The translations under genes were made by a program, and so were the position numbers. The notes under the pieces were generated by a model. That model saw only the letters and a program-made list of their open reading frames with translations, was not told the DNA's origin and ran no database searches. From Rotaria socialis (lineage: Eukaryota), in contig CAJNYD010000106.1 in NCBI GenBank assembly GCA_905331295.1, forward strand, positions 124,001 to 167,161: a stretch of DNA of 43,161 nucleotides. The letters are read 5' to 3'. Of the stretch, positions 38,826 to 43,161 are shown one piece after another (the first letter of the stretch is position 1; every line of letters begins with the position of its first letter).

Positions 38826-41800
38826 GGAAGACGATAATCTCATTTTTCTGCTTAATACGAACAAATCCGAAGCCACCACACCTAACCAACAAAGACGTGA
38901 ACCATTAGTTGAAATAACTGATAATGATGATCATGATTCAATAGTAGCAATGACGTGTTTGAATGATCGTATTGAAGCACTTCCACCTAGCAATGGTAAA
39001 CGTCATTTCGATGATATTAAATTAGTTCGACCCTCGTCTGCTACAAGTCAAGGTCCACGATCGAAAAAACAAGAAAAAGTTATCCACTATGCACCACATT
39101 TAACATCAGGTGGAAATCGTAATTCAAACGATAATTTAATTCAATCATCTATCGACGTCACTCTATCATCAAATTCATCACCTGCAGAACGACGGCAACG
39201 ACCACCACCGACTGAAGATGAACTTGGCATTATAACAATTGTTGGCGTTGAAGATAATGGACAACGAGAAAATGAAAATGCAATAGATAGAAGTAAACAA
39301 TCATGATTTATCATACATTTTCGATTTATAATTTTGTTTTCAAAATAGATTTTCATGATCAATTATCAACACCAATAGCTTTACCAAAACCATCGATTTC
39401 ATCACAAGTTCATTCAACACCTGATGTTCAAATAACACGTTTTGATAAAGATCCAATAACGTCAAAAGCTGCATTTGCACGTTCACAATTAGCTAAACGA
39501 CTTTCAGTTAATCAAGGACAACAACGTTCTGTACCCATACAATCACTTTCAAATACAACAAATAATGATCTAACAACAACTAGTGAACAAACAGCTACAT
39601 CTCTTGCTGCAACTGTTGCTGCATCAGTAGCTGTTTCTGTTGCTCAACCATTTTTGAAATTACAAAATGACTTTGAACAACGAATGAATACTGTTCTTAA
39701 TCAAATTCAGCAACAGAGATCACATACGAATGGTAGCGGTGTTGTTGTACCTGTTACACATGTGCAACCAGCCAATGATTCTGTTGATACACGAATAAAG
39801 CAAATGGAAAAAGTACAAGAACAACAAGAACAAGCACTTAAACAACTTGCTGATCTTGTACAAACAAGCAAAGGCAAGTCTAAATCGCCTATTCGGGAAC
39901 ATAAAATACCGACGTTCGAATCAAATTCTACACCATCACCAAAACAAAACCGTCATTTTCTTGATACACTTGTTGGTACCTCTTCTCCACCAGTTCGTCT
40001 TATGAAATCTCCCAAGAAACATCATGCACACAAAAAGCCTACAACATCACCATCGGCATCATCAAATAAACGCCCCAGCCGTGTGACTAGTACTGATACT
40101 CGTACAGTTAAAATTCGATCACCAGTTAAATTCAAAGAGCAGCCACCCAATAGTCATTTCAATATCGAACAATCATCTCCATTTGCTTGTTCAGTATGTG
40201 ATCGATCACGTTCACGTTCTCGGTCTCAGTCTCGTTCACCAACAAAAGGTCTTTCACCTGATTCATCATATCCTCGACCATTCGTTCCTGTTCCACGACC
40301 ACCATCAATTATGTCAGATGGCTTTATTCCATCTTCGACTTCGGCAACTACTGGCAATGCTTTAAAAGAAACCTATCCACCGTTTGATAAATATTTAAAT
40401 AATTCTATTCCTCCATCACCACTTCAACCTAAACCAGTTCTACCGATCAATGAAAATATGGATCTTCATGAACGTGTTAAACAAATAGATGAAGCAAAAA
40501 ATTTATTAGATGAGAATTATTTAACATTGCATCGACGTCAAAATGAGATTACTCTTTTAAAACCAATAACAGACGAATCATTACGTGTTCAACGTCTTGT
40601 TGAACAATGTGTGAAACAAGTTACACGGCAAGTGCGCGAAGAGGTTAAACTTAAACTTGAACAAGACGAAATAGAAAATGATGAAAATAAAACAGTAGCA
40701 ACAGCAACGTCGGCAAGTAAAAAGAAACGACCATCGTCTAAAACGCATTTAGCTTTCGATCGACATTCAACAACACGAGCAGGAAAACCAACAAGCCCCA
40801 CTAGAGAAACATCAACATCATCAAAACCTTATAGTGATGTATTTATGGAAGCAGTCTATGGACGTTCATTATATGACAAAATTAAAAAAGAAGGTAAACA
40901 ACCTTATTTTAAATTAAAACAACAAGCTATTCAACGAGCTAAACAAGCAAAACAAATCGAGCAGATACCAGTGAAAGATACTGGACTGGTATGTGCACAT
41001 GATTTAGTTTTTATTCTATCAGATTTACAAATTATTCTATTTTAGAAACCTTCACCATGTGTAACTGTTCCTCCACGTCGCATTATAGAACAACCACCTC
41101 CAGTAGTTATACAACCATCTTTTCCATCACCAAGACCACCACAACCTGCTCCTGTCTACGAACCAGAATATTATAAACCTCCAGATGGTGTTATTCTTCT
41201 TGGTCCACCACAAATTCGTGATACACGTACTTTTCAACCAAATTATGTACCTTGTGCACCTAAACTAACACCACATATTCTACCTAGTGTTGATGTTGAT
41301 CCATCGCCGAAAAAAGTTCGTTTTGGTAACAAAAATGAATCGATTCGAGTCGATTTAGATGATAATGAAGAAAAAGAAGAAGAAGATGATGACGATGGAA
41401 GAGGTATCGAAATACCTGGTTATCACGGAAAACGAGATGATCATCAACCAACATATGATGGCCCAAGATTTCCGCCTACCATTCCTCATGATGAAGGTTA
41501 TCGCAATCGACAATACGATACATTACAATCAGGTGCTGTTGATTGGCTAGAACAGGAGCTCATTGCTCGTTTTATGAGTCAACTACAAAATCAACAAACA
41601 ACTGTACCTATGCCACAACATCGCGATGTTATTAGTGCACGCTCATCAACGAGTACAAGTAGTGATGATCGAAGTATTCATGATCGTTTACTTGATTTAC
41701 TTGGACAAGATGGTTTTCAATTATTTATTGATATGGGTCAACCTATTGATCAAGATTTAATACAAGCATTAACACGTGAAGTACTCGAAGAACGTATTGC

Positions 41801-42913
41801 ACAAATGGTTGGTTATCGATCGCCAAGAGAAAGTATTCATGTATTACCACCACCTGCTCCACCACCACGTACAACAACACCAACAACATCAACAACAACA
41901 GTTTTAGTTGATCACAATCATCATTGGCCACAAGAAAATGGTGTAGCAACACCACAACCAACTCCACCACAATCACCACCCCCACATAAACATCAACCAC
42001 GTCCTGTTACACCAGAAATAACAGGCATTTTTATTTTATTTATTATAATGAAGAACAATTTTATTTTATTGTTTGCATAACTTTAGGTCAAGAAATTTCA
42101 TCTGAAAGTGAACCTACAACGCCACGTTCTATTACACCAGTAGAAGATCTTATTCGTCCTCTACCTACTACATTTCATCATAGCATTGGTACACCTGATG
42201 CAAGTGAAAGTCCGTCACCACCTTCGACGCCACGCATACCACAACCACCCGTTATAATACAACCACCAGCAGCTATTGAAAAACGTGATGCGAGTACTAT
42301 GGCTTCGATTGAGTTACCTACTCTACCACCACCTGTTATTGTTCAACCACCACGACCACCATCTCCACCACGTCCTCCGAAACCCAGAACCCCTTCACCT
42401 GTTTCATCAACATCTTCGTCATCATCATCGTCAACGACAAGTTCTACTAATACTTCAACATTTTCTGTTCCGTACTCAAATACTGATAGTCCATTCAGTG
42501 ATCATATGTGGTTTGATGATCGTAGTGAAGGTCAAATCGATTTACTCGAACACGATCGACCACAAACAGAACTAATTTTAAAACAAGCTCAACGGCTAAT
42601 AGGTCAACGACGACAGTATTCATCAGTAACACCAGCTGGTATGAGTTTTGTTTCACCTCCATTTTCACCAGCTGGTGGCACTCATACATTATCAATTGGT
42701 GAAGTTCCTCCTCAATATCCCACAGGATCTTCATTTCCACCTCAAGAGAATGGACATACAACTCCCTCTGGATCAGATGAAAGCAATAATTCGGGCAAAA
42801 GCGAAGGTGAAGCAGGTACAGGTACGATGAATGGCCAGCAACGATCATCTGTACCTATTAAATACCGGAAACCAACTCAGGGATTTTTAGGAAAAAAGAA
42901 TAATCGAAAATAA
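38826..42913 (+). CDS. KIAA0586: TALPID3 / KIAA0586-like centriole/ciliogenesis protein (3' end uncertain)
   Basis: Blocks resembling TALPID3: AATVAASVAVSVAQPFLKLQNDFE, VYGRSLY...PYFK, VDWLEQELIARF, QLFIDMGQPIDQDLIQALTREVLEERIAQMVG and VATPQPTPPQSPP. Confidence 0.8.
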
Positions 42914-43161
42914 AATCAATTGTTCTTCTTTTTTTATATTCATACTAATTCGCAAATTCTTTAAAAAGTAGTGTTTGTACTTTTTTTATTATAATTTATG
43001 CGTACATAGATTAGAAAAACAAAATATGTGTGTGACTTGTATAATTTCATAGTTTCATTCATCATCATTAACGTATCTGATTGTTGCATTGGCATTGCCA
43101 TGCTTTCCTTTATATGTATCAAATAGCCGCTTTAATGCTTCCATATATTCTCCATGATATT

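Noticed and set aside
39141..42848. Multiple short antisense or out-of-frame ORFs within TALPID3
   Set aside because: Compositional shadows of Pro/Ser/Thr-rich coding sequence.

Overview
AT-rich, intron-dense animal genomic DNA with mostly ~45-65 nt GT-AG introns. It is most consistent with a bdelloid rotifer; this is inferred from intron size, composition and the LVWLD-ART-TPR and F-box/LRR families, not proven. In order the window holds: the 3' part of CFAP69 (+); an uncharacterised multi-exon locus (-); a GGYPPQ-repeat/VWA protein (+); gamma-glutamyltransferase (+); four tandem 5S rRNA genes with a 1-N gap; a stop-disrupted remnant of a bacterial-like Thr-rich domain (+); a frameshifted intronless GNAT acetyltransferase (-); RNF170 (-); cytochrome c1 (-); a FAM120-family gene (+); a TIMMDC1-like gene (+); an intronless ADP-ribosyltransferase-TPR gene (+); an F-box + LRR gene missed by the ORF track (+); and TALPID3 (+). 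The most striking feature is the F-box/LRR gene. It is built from 14 consecutive 84-nt phase-0 exons, one LRR each, with a conserved framework and highly variable beta-strand positions, and it lies next to the ART-TPR gene.
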